DNA of 64,000 nucleotides from Escherichia coli (GTDB lineage Bacteria; Pseudomonadota; Gammaproteobacteria; Enterobacterales; Enterobacteriaceae): NCBI RefSeq assembly GCF_024298765.1, contig NZ_CP101210.1; one strand, 5' to 3'. Shown piece by piece: positions 62,657 to 64,000 of this stretch (position 1 is its first letter; each line of letters starts with the position of its first letter). The notes under the pieces were generated by a model. It saw only the letters and a program-made list of their open reading frames with translations, ran no database searches and was not told where the DNA came from. The position numbers and the translations under genes were made by a program.

Positions 62657-62914
62657 TTAGTGTTCTCTGGTATCAAATGGTCCGGGCGGGACGGGATCGT
62701 CACCACCAGGGTGTAAAGGGTGGCATTTTAATACGCGTTTCACCGTCAACCAACTGCCTTTTATCACTCCAAACCTGCGCAATGCCTCAATTCCGTAGCT
62801 TGAACAGGTTGGAGTGAAACGACAATGCGGCCCGAGTAGCGGACTAATCAGGCGTTGATAGACCCGAATGAGGGCTATCAGGACCCGCGAGCCAGGCGAC
62901 AGTGGCGGCGCCAT
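62657..62914 (-). CDS. yidD: Membrane protein insertion efficiency factor
   Basis: 85 aa; overlaps the rnpA 3' end by 37 nt; lies 2 nt upstream of yidC. Confidence 0.9.
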
Positions 62915-63237
62915 AATTTTTCCAACGCTTCCGAGAGAGCACGGTTATCGAGGTCGGCAACCCCTTTTTTCGCCACCACCACGAAATCCATAGCCGGGAG
63001 TTCATGTTGGCGCAGACGGAAGCTTTCACGCGTCAGACGTTTAATCCGATTGCGTTCATGGGCGCGTCGAACGTTTTTCTTGGCGACTGTAAGACCGATA
63101 CGGGGATGCCCCAGCGAATTCAGGCGGCCGAGAATGGTAATTTGCGGCGTGCCAGCCCGTTGTGGCTGCTGGAAGACGAATGTGAATTGACTGGGAGTTA
63201 ACAAGCGTAACTCCCTAGGAAATGCGAGCTTAACCAC
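62878..63237 (-). CDS. rnpA: RNase P protein component
   Basis: 119 aa basic protein downstream of rpmH. Confidence 0.95.
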
Positions 63238-63253
63238 TCAGGGGTTAGCTTTA

Positions 63254-64000
<747 letters not shown>

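Overview
This window is the Escherichia coli chromosomal origin region, shown in the opposite orientation to the usual K-12 map. Left to right: the 5' 1277 nt of a 16S rRNA gene (rrsC context, minus strand) with its P1/P2 promoters, yieP, hsrA, the ribose operon rbsDACBKR (minus), kup, ravA-viaA, asnA/asnC, mioC, oriC (DnaA boxes, AT-rich 13-mers, dense GATC), mnmG-rsmG, the complete atpIBEFHAGDC operon, glmUS, a 4-gene chaperone-usher fimbrial operon (lpf-like) sitting between the glmS terminator/attTn7 and pstS, pstSCAB-phoU, the bglGFBH operon with its RAT/terminator elements, yieL, yieK, cbrB, yieH, adeP, chrR, yieE, yidZ, mdtL, an ERIC-like repeat, tnaCAB, mnmE, yidC-yidD-rnpA-rpmH and the dnaA promoter region (the window ends immediately before the dnaA start codon). 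Every gene I could judge looks intact and of the expected length. I did not find a convincing previously undescribed system: the only clearly accessory DNA is the fimbrial island, which belongs to a known family, plus one ERIC-like repeat and a possible absence of cbrC. Gene names come from my recognition of the encoded proteins and of the conserved gene order; no database search was run, and all coordinates were derived by hand from the sequence and ORF track.
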